Shown here: one piece after another, positions 51,021 to 60,076 of the stretch
Layout of the letters: each line of letters begins with the position of its first letter
Position numbering within the stretch: position 1 is the first letter of the stretch
IMG/VR virus record: IMGVR_UViG_3300023296_001674
Source: a virus
DNA: 64,000 nt
Direction: 5' to 3' (one strand)
Translations under genes and position numbers: made by a program
Notes under the pieces: generated by a model
What the model was told of the DNA's origin: nothing
Seen by the model: only the letters and a program-made list of their open reading frames with translations
The model's database searches: none

Positions 51021-51359
51021 ATGGCAGCAAGAAGATTCGGCGCATTAGACTTAGCAGCAACTACTGATACAGTATTGATGAGTGGCGCTTCTGGTTTTGA
51101 TTCAACCGTTAATGTTAGATTTACAAATAGAAACAGTTCAGCCGTTACGGTTAGAATGGCGCTTGTTGATGATGTATCAGGTAGCGCATTGGGAAGTTTA
51201 TCTGATGAAGATTATTTAGAATACGATACAACAATAGAAGCAAATGATGTATTAGAAAATACTGGATTAGTGATACCCGAAGATCATACAATAGTGGTTA
51301 GGTCGGACACAACATTGGTTACGGTTTTATCTTACGGTTTTGAGGAGCAAATAGTTTAA
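51021..51359 (+). CDS. Hypothetical protein between fibre genes (structural or assembly factor?)
   Basis: ORF track; RBS AAAGGGAA. Confidence 0.7.
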   Translation: MAARRFGALDLAATTDTVLMSGASGFDSTVNVRFTNRNSSAVTVRMALVDDVSGSALGSLSDEDYLEYDTTIEANDVLENTGLVIPEDHTIVVRSDTTLVTVLSYGFEEQIV

Positions 51360-53152
51360 TGGCGAGATATTCAACAAATAATCCGGTAGCGGTATTACCC
51401 GATTCTGGCGTGACTGCTGGTTCATATACAAATGTTGACCTTACAGTCAATAGTAAAGGTATAGTAACAGTAGCGGCTAACGGTGCTTCAGTTGCATCGG
51501 TGCTTAATGATTTAACCGATGTTACACTAACTGGACCAATAACCGATCAAGTGTTACAATATGATGGTGCAGATTGGCTTAATACAACATTAACTGTTGC
51601 ATCATTGAGTGATATTAATTTATCTGGAGTAACATCTGGGGACTTTTTAACTTTTGATGGCGCAGATTGGATTAACAGCACAATAGATGTGGTGGTAACA
51701 GGCGATATAGGCACCACAGTTCAAGCGTGGGATGCCGAACTTGACGCAATGGCAGGATTAAGTGGGACAGGATATGTCATCCACACAGGCGCAGGTACAG
51801 CCGTAGAACGCACAATCACAGGCAGTGATGGAATAATTGTAACAGACGGCGACGGAGTTGCTGGAAATACTGAAATAACTGTTACCATAGACACATTGCC
51901 ATTCACAGGACCAATAGACCCAGTTAACGATTTATTGATATTTTATAATTTAGATACTACACAAAATGAGCAAGTATCAGTTGAAGACGCAGTATTATCA
52001 GCGACACCTATTACCGATGCAATCAGCGTTGGTGGCGGATTTGAGGTGTTTAAGCAAATTAATAGCAAAGTATTAGAATTTAGAGACATATCTAGCGGCA
52101 GTGCTAGCATAGTTGTTGACATACTTTCAGATAATATTAGAATTAGTGGAACTGCCGCGTTGGATAATTTGTCTGGATTGACACCAACCGATAATAATTT
52201 TATTGTTGGTAATGGTGGATCGTGGGCGGTTGAAGATGCAACTGCATCAAGAACTTCGTTAGGATTAGGAACGATGGCGGTAGAAACCGCAGCCGATTAT
52301 TTGGCATTGGCTGGTGGAGCGATGACTGGCGATATTGATATGGCAACTAATACAATATCCGATTTGAGTGATCCGGTATTAGCACAAGATGCAGCAACAA
52401 TGAATTTCGTCGAGTTGAATTTAGCCGTTGCTGGTGATGGTATGGTTAAAATCGGCAACGAAATTGATGTTGTTGGTGGCGATGGTATTACAGCAAACGC
52501 AGATGATATTGAACTTGATTTAGTATTTCTTGATGCTCACACAGATGCATTATATTATACACAAACACAATTGGCAGACACAACCGATTCAACAGAGGGT
52601 GCATCATTAATAGGTACAGAAACCAAAGTTGGATTAAGTAATGCGACAACAGTTGAAGCCGCATTGGATTATATTGATACCACATTACCTTTTGTGTTAA
52701 CTAAATTTAGTCAAGGATTGAGTTGGAATATTAATATAACTGCTCCTTCGCCAGTGTATGTCATTGTTGATACTATCCAAGTAACACAATTTGCTGAAAA
52801 CGAAGACGGATCGGCGTATAGTGATTTCTTATTACCGATAGATTTTGATACTACCAAAGAAATGACAGTATATTTATCGATGGCAAAATCTTCCGTTGTT
52901 GCTGGCAATGTTAGTGTTGCATTAGCATGGCAACATCAACGCGTACCTGGTTTCACCTCCAATTCGTTAATTGTATTTGCCCCAGGTACAACCACCGTTC
53001 CAGATGCTAGTACATTAATATGGACTATCCCTGCTTCTACTTTTTTACCTCTTGATGTAGTAACATTGCGCGTTCAACGATTGGGTACTGATAATGGAAA
53101 TGATACATACACGGACACTGTAAATTTATTTGCGGGACATATAACACAATAA
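51359..53152 (+). CDS. Tail-fibre-like structural protein
   Basis: 597 aa. Shares IIVTDGDGVAGNTEITVT, LALAGGAMTGDIDM and the N-terminal SGVTAGSYTNVDLTVNSKGIVT-type modules with 48625-50991. Confidence 0.8.
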   Translation: MARYSTNNPVAVLPDSGVTAGSYTNVDLTVNSKGIVTVAANGASVASVLNDLTDVTLTGPITDQVLQYDGADWLNTTLTVASLSDINLSGVTSGDFLTFDGADWINSTIDVVVTGDIGTTVQAWDAELDAMAGLSGTGYVIHTGAGTAVERTITGSDGIIVTDGDGVAGNTEITVTIDTLPFTGPIDPVNDLLIFYNLDTTQNEQVSVEDAVLSATPITDAISVGGGFEVFKQINSKVLEFRDISSGSASIVVDILSDNIRISGTAALDNLSGLTPTDNNFIVGNGGSWAVEDATASRTSLGLGTMAVETAADYLALAGGAMTGDIDMATNTISDLSDPVLAQDAATMNFVELNLAVAGDGMVKIGNEIDVVGGDGITANADDIELDLVFLDAHTDALYYTQTQLADTTDSTEGASLIGTETKVGLSNATTVEAALDYIDTTLPFVLTKFSQGLSWNINITAPSPVYVIVDTIQVTQFAENEDGSAYSDFLLPIDFDTTKEMTVYLSMAKSSVVAGNVSVALAWQHQRVPGFTSNSLIVFAPGTTTVPDASTLIWTIPASTFLPLDVVTLRVQRLGTDNGNDTYTDTVNLFAGHITQ

Positions 53153-53168
53153 TAAGGCAGAATTACAC

Positions 53169-54890
53169 ATGGCTAATGAATTTATAGTACAAAACGGATT
53201 GATAGTTGGACGGGCGAGTGGGGCGAATATAACAGTCGTGCCAGACGTGGATGGCAGTGGGTCAGTTATATTCGATGATCGTTCTGGTGGTGTAATAGGC
53301 GATGTTAATTATAATCATACAACAGACATTTTAAGTTTGGATGTTAATGGAATATCACAAATAGCCATTTCTGCAACTGGTGTTACAGTTAGTGGTGATT
53401 TAAGTGTTACAGGAACAACCACAACAACCGACGTATTAAATTTGGTCGTAACTGATAATATCATCACCATAAATGATGGCGAAGTTGGTGCTGGTGTTGC
53501 TAACGGTGTTGGTTATGCAGGGATAGATGTTGATCGCGGAACATTAGATAATTCAGGTTGGTATTATAGCGAACCGAATAATTGGTGGGGGCCAGCGGGG
53601 CCAGAAGGAACATATGGCGCTGGTATAGGAGCAACACAAACCCTTGGTAATATAGCAGCAATCGATGCAACCGATTCAACTGATCAAATTCTAACAATCG
53701 TTTCAAATGCGGCGGTTATTCTCCCTCTTGGTAGTACCGCACAGCGACCTACTGGTGCGGAGGGTATGTTACGACAAAATTCAGATACAAACACACCAGA
53801 AATATATGATGGAACTAATTGGTCGCAAATGATAGCAACTACATCGGGAACAGCAATAGCTATAACCGGTGATATAGACATGATTAATACGCATAGCTTA
53901 TTAAATCCTATTGATCCAACAACTGATTCTGAAGTTGGTGATCGCGGTTATACCGATGGAAGATATTTGCAAATAGATAATAATTTAAGTGATTTAACTA
54001 ATGTAACACGAGCAAGACTTAATTTAGGTCTTACCGCTAGTGTATTAGATGCTGTTGGACGTGATGGTGATACTATGTATGGGTCGTTAACGGTGGGTGA
54101 TACCAGCGACGTAGAAGTAGTAGCCACAACTATAGCAGTTGCAGGAACTGGTTATGTATCAGAAGAATTAGTTACAATCGTAGGCGGAACATTTTCGAAT
54201 GCATTAGTAGTAAAAGTGTTAACGGTTGGCGGTAGTGGTGAAATATTAACATATTCACGATTTTTGAAAGGTATATATACCGTAGGGCCGGGTTCTCCAG
54301 CAGCAACAACCTCGAGTGGTTCTGGTGTAAATGCTACATTTAACCTTACTGTAACAGCATCCGATGTAAGTATATTACCAGACGAAGATTATGCAACTGC
54401 GGTTGAGCCACGTGATATAGGTAAAACTAACGGCGAAGATGGATATGCTGGCGCTAATTTAAGATTTAGAACAGTTAATGCAGAAACATTTAGAGGTGTT
54501 GCAACATCAGCGTTGTATGCCGATTTGGCTGAAAGATATGAAGCTGATGATTTATATGACGAAGGAACGGTAGTTGTATTTGGCGGTGACAAAGAAATAA
54601 CAGTAACAGGATTGAGATTTGATACCAGAGTGGCAGGTGTTATATCTATCAAGCCTGCATATAGAATGAATGAAGGTGCAGGCACAGACGAAACACACCC
54701 ATTCGTTGCACTTAAAGGAAAAGTGCCATGTAAAATTATTGGTGTGGTTAAAAAAGGTGATTTATTGACAACATCACATAAACAAGGGTATGCTATAAGT
54801 AACTCCAATGCTTTACCCTATACTGCATTCGCAAGGGCGCTGGAAGATTCAGATGGTTCAAACGATATAATCTACGTAAGTATAATATAA
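53169..54890 (+). CDS. Tail-fibre-like structural protein
   Basis: 573 aa. N-terminal MANEFIVQNGLIV... Central GAEGMLRQNSDTNTPEIYDGTNW module, also seen in 48625 (GVEGMIRYHADAQDFFEGYTDTGW). C-terminal ALYADLAERYEAD...GTVVVFGG domain. Confidence 0.75.
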   Translation: MANEFIVQNGLIVGRASGANITVVPDVDGSGSVIFDDRSGGVIGDVNYNHTTDILSLDVNGISQIAISATGVTVSGDLSVTGTTTTTDVLNLVVTDNIITINDGEVGAGVANGVGYAGIDVDRGTLDNSGWYYSEPNNWWGPAGPEGTYGAGIGATQTLGNIAAIDATDSTDQILTIVSNAAVILPLGSTAQRPTGAEGMLRQNSDTNTPEIYDGTNWSQMIATTSGTAIAITGDIDMINTHSLLNPIDPTTDSEVGDRGYTDGRYLQIDNNLSDLTNVTRARLNLGLTASVLDAVGRDGDTMYGSLTVGDTSDVEVVATTIAVAGTGYVSEELVTIVGGTFSNALVVKVLTVGGSGEILTYSRFLKGIYTVGPGSPAATTSSGSGVNATFNLTVTASDVSILPDEDYATAVEPRDIGKTNGEDGYAGANLRFRTVNAETFRGVATSALYADLAERYEADDLYDEGTVVVFGGDKEITVTGLRFDTRVAGVISIKPAYRMNEGAGTDETHPFVALKGKVPCKIIGVVKKGDLLTTSHKQGYAISNSNALPYTAFARALEDSDGSNDIIYVSII

Positions 54891-54902
54891 GGAAATAATG
54901 TA

Positions 54903-55565
54903 ATGAGTTTTAATAATAGACCAGATAGACCTATAGAATCATCCATTTACCTACGATTGGTAACTGAAGGCGAAATGAGAAAAAACACAATAAAATCATT
55001 TTACTCTACTGTTAAAGAAAACGCACCGGAAAATGTATTAAGTCATTACGATGTTCAAGACCCTGATGGAAATCCTGCTACAACGTTGTTATTACATCGC
55101 GTTAATGAAGACAATAAGCATGAATACGAAATACCATTGGTTAGAAACCTTACACCAGATGAAATATACGAAGTAGCATTAAATCTTAACACTAAATTAA
55201 ATGAAGGTGATTTTTTATTAGAATCGAGTTCATTTGACGATGATTGCTGCCTTACGGAAGATGATGATCCATCTGAATATATGGAAGCAGACGTTTTTGA
55301 ACGATTTGCAGAGAAATTATCTGAGCGCATGCATAATGTATGGTATAAAGAACGCGAAGATGCTGGCTGGAGATTTGGTACACAGCGCCTCGAAGAAGAA
55401 AAAACACACCCATTAATGAAACCATGGAATCAATTAACCGAAGAAGATAAACAAATAGACTATTCATTGCCTGAATTTTTTATTGATTTGTTAGAAGAAT
55501 TTGGGTATGCAGTTGTAAGTCATGATGAATTAGATGGATTTTCAGAAGAAATATCTAAAAAATAA
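54903..55565 (+). CDS. RyR (ryanodine-receptor-type) domain protein
   Basis: FAEKLSERMHNVWYKEREDAGWRFGTQRLEEEKTHPLMKPWNQLTEEDKQIDYS matches the RyR domain pattern. Confidence 0.7.
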   Translation: MSFNNRPDRPIESSIYLRLVTEGEMRKNTIKSFYSTVKENAPENVLSHYDVQDPDGNPATTLLLHRVNEDNKHEYEIPLVRNLTPDEIYEVALNLNTKLNEGDFLLESSSFDDDCCLTEDDDPSEYMEADVFERFAEKLSERMHNVWYKEREDAGWRFGTQRLEEEKTHPLMKPWNQLTEEDKQIDYSLPEFFIDLLEEFGYAVVSHDELDGFSEEISKK

Positions 55566-55567
55566 CT

Positions 55568-55596
55568 TTGCATTAAATGTAATATCATGTTATAAT
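55568..55596 (+). promoter_or_regulatory. Sigma70 promoter for the 55.6-61.1 kb operon
   Basis: TTGCAT 55568-55573, 17 nt, TATAAT 55591-55596. Confidence 0.65.
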
Positions 55597-55627
55597 GTTT
55601 GCTTAATAATATTATAAGGATTCCATT

Positions 55628-55882
55628 ATGGTAACTGAAAACTATCCCACTGTCCCATTAGCAAAGTTTGATGGTCGACCAATTGGGAAGGCTGGATATA
55701 AAGAACCGGTATTCAAAAGAAATATATTTCAAAATAGATTTATTGATGTGATTGTCACAGTCTATTCAGGCGAGATACAGCACCCAACATCGGGTCATGT
55801 ATTGGTTCCAGTTATGTTTGGCGAAATGAATGTCATACGATATTTAGATAAAACACAACTGGATTATACTATTGCTAATTGA
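55628..55882 (+). CDS. Hypothetical protein
   Basis: ORF track; RBS AAGGA. Confidence 0.7.
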   Translation: MVTENYPTVPLAKFDGRPIGKAGYKEPVFKRNIFQNRFIDVIVTVYSGEIQHPTSGHVLVPVMFGEMNVIRYLDKTQLDYTIAN

Positions 55883-56657
55883 TCCACTTACCAAATATTC
55901 CAACGACGAACAAGATAAAATAATTGAGGTGGCAAAACGGCATCACGCTCATACGTATCATCGTGGAACTAACTTTGATTTATATAAAGAATATGATGCA
56001 CCATATTGGGGTGACGGCGAATGTGAACACGGGAGTTGTAAACATTGTAAATATAATACCATTGATGAAATACGTTCTAAAATGGTGTATGAAAATCATT
56101 ATGACGACAACGAAGAACGATGTTATGAATATTCAGATGGAGCATTTTATGAATGGTTTAACTCTATTATAACCAATGATGAAAAAATATGGATTGAAAA
56201 TATAGATAAACCATTTGAAAAAGCAATTGTTTTTTATGACAATGAGGAATATTGGGAGAAGATTTACGACGATTATGTCGATTTAACATTGCTGAAATGG
56301 TTAAATGATAAAAATATAACGTATCATATCATAAAAGGATTGCTTGACTTTTCTGTAAATCTGTATTATAAAAAAGAATCCATTTGGGATGATCATATAA
56401 GAGAATATAGACTTAGATTTGGTGACGCGACAACTATCGACTATATGTACGCAATATCACATTTAGGTTGGTATAGAATATCAATATATGATATGGCAAT
56501 AAATGATGATGATATCAATGATGCTATAGAATGGATAGATGAAAATCACACCGGTATTGTTCTTAAATATTCCAACGTTGATGGTTATAGTAGCAATGAT
56601 TATTTGTTTGAAAATGATGAAGATATAATGGGTTTAAAATTAAGATGGATGGAGTAA
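55872..56657 (+). CDS. Hypothetical protein with C-terminal MGLKLRW motif (start uncertain)
   Basis: Track ORF begins at TTG 55872, overlapping the previous gene by 11 nt. The first in-frame ATG is far downstream. Confidence 0.55.
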   Translation: MLIDPLTKYSNDEQDKIIEVAKRHHAHTYHRGTNFDLYKEYDAPYWGDGECEHGSCKHCKYNTIDEIRSKMVYENHYDDNEERCYEYSDGAFYEWFNSIITNDEKIWIENIDKPFEKAIVFYDNEEYWEKIYDDYVDLTLLKWLNDKNITYHIIKGLLDFSVNLYYKKESIWDDHIREYRLRFGDATTIDYMYAISHLGWYRISIYDMAINDDDINDAIEWIDENHTGIVLKYSNVDGYSSNDYLFENDEDIMGLKLRWME

Positions 56658-56661
56658 TAAA

Positions 56662-57513
56662 ATGTATAACACAAGAATAGCGCCATCACCAACGGGTGAT
56701 ATGCACCTTGGTACTGCTAGAACCGCTTATCATAATTTTTTGATGGCAAGGGCGTCCGGTGGAAAATTTATATTGCGCATCGACGATACTGATGCTGCAC
56801 GCAGTAAACAGTCGCACGTCGACGTCATCCTTGAAACTATGGATTGGTTGGGTTTAGACTACGACGAAATCGTTTATCAAAGTGATAGAAATGATCGTTA
56901 TATGGAAGTAATCAAACAGATGGATGCAGATGATCTTGTTTGCGAGTTAGACAATGGTGCATTTGGCACATTCATCGAAAGGGTTCCTGATGAATGGACA
57001 GATGAAATTGCTGGTGATATTATAGTGTCAGAGACCGATAGTGATATTAGTTCTAGTCTTATATTAATGAAAAGTGATGGAACTCCTACTTATCATTTTG
57101 CATCAGTAATAGATGATATGGATTTCAATATTAATTATATTATCAGAGGACACGATCATATATCTAATACACCAAAGCAACTCAATATTATGAACAACCT
57201 TGGTATGGTCATACCTAAGTTCGCACACGTGGGTCTTATTCACAAAGACGGTAAGAAATTATCTAAACGTGACGGCGCAGCAAGTATGTTGCACTATCGC
57301 GATCAAGGATATGACCCTGATGCAATGCTCAATTTTTTATTGAATCTTGGGTGGGCACCAACAAATCAAGGCAAGCAACATAAAATAATAGATCGTGATT
57401 TTGCTCTAGAGATTTTTATCAATGGTGGAAAATTGCGCAATCAATCAGCAAATATGGATTTAGCATTACTAGATTCATACAATAAAAAGTATAAGTATAT
57501 CAAGAGGAAATAA
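56662..57513 (+). CDS. Truncated glutamyl-tRNA-synthetase-like enzyme (catalytic core only; GluQRS-type architecture)
   Basis: RIAPSPTGDMHLGTARTA (HIGH-type), FILRIDDTD, DGTPTYHFASVIDD, IIRGHDHISNTPKQ, KLSKR (KMSKS-type). 283 aa, so no anticodon-binding domain. Confidence 0.85.
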   Translation: MYNTRIAPSPTGDMHLGTARTAYHNFLMARASGGKFILRIDDTDAARSKQSHVDVILETMDWLGLDYDEIVYQSDRNDRYMEVIKQMDADDLVCELDNGAFGTFIERVPDEWTDEIAGDIIVSETDSDISSSLILMKSDGTPTYHFASVIDDMDFNINYIIRGHDHISNTPKQLNIMNNLGMVIPKFAHVGLIHKDGKKLSKRDGAASMLHYRDQGYDPDAMLNFLLNLGWAPTNQGKQHKIIDRDFALEIFINGGKLRNQSANMDLALLDSYNKKYKYIKRK

Positions 57514-57514
57514 A

Positions 57515-58351
57515 ATGAAGTACGATTTAGGTTCAGATTTACACGTAGATATTAATGCGGGTCGCATTGGTATGGTTAGATTTAAAGAAATGAAAAACGC
57601 AGGTAGTGATACTATAGTATTGGCAGGTGATATATCAAATGATCCAGAACTCACTGTTAAAGTATTAGCGATGGCGGCATCGGCATATGAAAATGTAATA
57701 TTTGTGGATGGAAATCACGAACATTATAGTAACGGAAAATATGGGTTAGACGTTTCTGGTGCTATGGGATTCTTCAAAGAAGCAATAGATTTAATACCAA
57801 ATGTCACATATTTATCTGGCGACAATAACGTTATTATTGACGACACGATGTTCGTTGGGGCTAATGCTTGGTATGATTTTAGAATGGCACCACCACAATA
57901 CACGCCTGAAAAATGCAAAGAAGCATGGGAAACAAGCCTAAATGATTTTAGATTATCTAATTTTGACGTAGAGCCAGAAGTATTGGCGGGTATTCAGTCT
58001 GCATTGATTGCGGATCAAGTATCCAAAGCGCAAGATAATGACGATGTTAAAAAAATAGTAGTTGTTACCCACACCGTGCCGAACACTAAAGGATTATTAG
58101 TTAAAAATAATCCATCGTGGGATATATTAAATGGCTGTTTTGGAAATTCAACGATGTCAAACGTATGGCAAGTTGATACAAATCGCAAAATTATTCACGC
58201 AGTTTGTGGACATACACATTATCCAAATGATTTTGTCGACAACGATGGTATAAGATTTGTAATAAATCCAAGAGGTTATCATGGTGCTGAAAACGAACTT
58301 GGTGATAGATGGTTTTTAGTTCAAATGGATACATCAGACGAACGTATATAA
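57515..58351 (+). CDS. Calcineurin-like metallophosphoesterase
   Basis: SDLHVD, LAGDISND, VDGNHEHY, VVTHTVP, CGHTHY. Starts 1 nt after the previous stop. Confidence 0.8.
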   Translation: MKYDLGSDLHVDINAGRIGMVRFKEMKNAGSDTIVLAGDISNDPELTVKVLAMAASAYENVIFVDGNHEHYSNGKYGLDVSGAMGFFKEAIDLIPNVTYLSGDNNVIIDDTMFVGANAWYDFRMAPPQYTPEKCKEAWETSLNDFRLSNFDVEPEVLAGIQSALIADQVSKAQDNDDVKKIVVVTHTVPNTKGLLVKNNPSWDILNGCFGNSTMSNVWQVDTNRKIIHAVCGHTHYPNDFVDNDGIRFVINPRGYHGAENELGDRWFLVQMDTSDERI

Positions 58352-58360
58352 AATAAAATA

Positions 58361-58395
58361 AACCGGTTGGATACAGTTCTAACCGGTTTTATTTT
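58361..58395 (+). terminator. Terminator-like hairpin inside the operon
   Basis: aaccggtt (58361-58368) pairs with aaccggtt (58381-58388), then TTATTTT. Confidence 0.55.
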
Positions 58396-58426
58396 GATAA
58401 ATACCTTTACATAAAGAGGTTTCATA

Positions 58427-60076
58427 ATGACAAAATATTACATGGGTGTATCCGCTTATCATCACGATAGTGCTGCCGCGCTAATAGATGAACACGGAAA
58501 CATTATTTGCGTTAGCCAAGAAGAACGTAGAACACTTATAAAGAATGACAAATCGTGGCCTGAAGAAAGTATTAATTTTTGTTTACGTCATGCAAAATCG
58601 CAACAGTTAGATACATCCGATATCACTTATGGATTTTATGAAAAACCATGGATTAAATTTACACGTAGATTTTGTCAAAATCCTAAAGACACCGTTCGAT
58701 ATTTCAAAGAAGCATATAATACTACGAAAAAAATAAAAGGTTATAAAACCATAATGCATCACGATGCTCATGCATTGGCTGGATGTGCAACATCGCCATT
58801 TGATAATTGTGTATATTTAATAGTTGATGCAGTGGGTGAATGGGAGACGACAACTTGGGGAACATTTAATAAAATCGATGGTATAAAAAAAGAAGGGTCT
58901 ATTAGATATCCGCACAGTATAGGATTAATGTATTCATCATTTACGAGATGGTTGGGATTAAAACCAAACGAAGATGAATATATTGTAATGGGTGCGGCGG
59001 CTTTCGGTAAACCACGATTTGCTAATAAAATAAGAAAAGATTTTTTATCAGAAGTAACAGCATCGCCACATGGAATAGAATTTAAAAAAGGAGTTCATAA
59101 CGGTATAGAGCAATACTACGGCGACGAAGTTCCCGTAAAAGATTGGTATGATTGGTGTGCGAGCATCCAGTATGTATGCGAACAAATGATGATAGATTTG
59201 GTTAGAATGTTAGAGCAACAATACGGCAAAGGTCATAATTTGGTATTAGGCGGCGGTGTAGCACTTAATTGTGTGGCAAATTCTAAAATAATGAAATCAA
59301 CGCATGTGAAAGAATTATGGATATTACCAAGCCCCGGTGATAGTGGAAACGCGCTAGGGGCTGCTGCGCACGCCGCTGGCATCAATGATTTAGTTTGGGA
59401 TAGTCCTTACCTTGGAATGGACATGGATAACGACAGTAACCCAACACAGGAACTAATACGCAACGTTGTAGCAAGATTGGATAATGGTGAAATTATAGGT
59501 TGGATACAAGGCAAAGAAGAATTTGGTCCGCGCTCTTTGGGTCATCGTTCATTGCTTGCCGATCCAAGATCATCGAAAATTAAAAATAAAATAAATTTAA
59601 TAAAAAATCGACAAACATTTAGACCTTTCGCACCGTCTGTGTTAGAAGAAGAAACATATATGTATTTTGACTTACCAAATGGCACAACAAGTAGATACAT
59701 GCAATTTACAGCAAGAGTAAAAAATCCAAATATGTTACCTGCAATATGTCATATTGATGGAACCACCAGAGTTCAAACCGTACCTAAATCAACCGATCCA
59801 TTTAGACGATTGCTTGAGCATTGGAAAGAAACCACTGGTTGTGCAGCATTGTTGAACACCAGTCTTAATATCAAAGGTCAACCATTAATGAGTAATCGAA
59901 AAGATGCTATTCAAATGTTATTAGATACACCAATGGATGCATTGGTTATAGGCAATAGATTGTACTATAAAATAACAAAAGATGGATTAAGCGATGAACC
60001 CGGCGAAACGGTTCAAATAGCAGAATGTATAGATTACAGCCAAGGCGTTGATGACATGATTAAAGGTCGTTTCTAA
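58427..60076 (+). CDS. NodU/CmcH-family carbamoyltransferase
   Basis: YMGVSAYHHDSAAALIDEHGNIICVSQEERRT (Kae1-like N-terminal domain), LGGGVALNCVAN, EFGPRSLGHRSLLADPR, RPFAPSVLEE, DGTTRVQTV. Confidence 0.85.
   Translation: MTKYYMGVSAYHHDSAAALIDEHGNIICVSQEERRTLIKNDKSWPEESINFCLRHAKSQQLDTSDITYGFYEKPWIKFTRRFCQNPKDTVRYFKEAYNTTKKIKGYKTIMHHDAHALAGCATSPFDNCVYLIVDAVGEWETTTWGTFNKIDGIKKEGSIRYPHSIGLMYSSFTRWLGLKPNEDEYIVMGAAAFGKPRFANKIRKDFLSEVTASPHGIEFKKGVHNGIEQYYGDEVPVKDWYDWCASIQYVCEQMMIDLVRMLEQQYGKGHNLVLGGGVALNCVANSKIMKSTHVKELWILPSPGDSGNALGAAAHAAGINDLVWDSPYLGMDMDNDSNPTQELIRNVVARLDNGEIIGWIQGKEEFGPRSLGHRSLLADPRSSKIKNKINLIKNRQTFRPFAPSVLEEETYMYFDLPNGTTSRYMQFTARVKNPNMLPAICHIDGTTRVQTVPKSTDPFRRLLEHWKETTGCAALLNTSLNIKGQPLMSNRKDAIQMLLDTPMDALVIGNRLYYKITKDGLSDEPGETVQIAECIDYSQGVDDMIKGRF

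Noticed and set aside
48625-54890. Diversity-generating retroelement acting on the repeated fibre modules
   Set aside because: There is no reverse transcriptase gene and no template/variable repeat pair with adenine-specific differences in the window.
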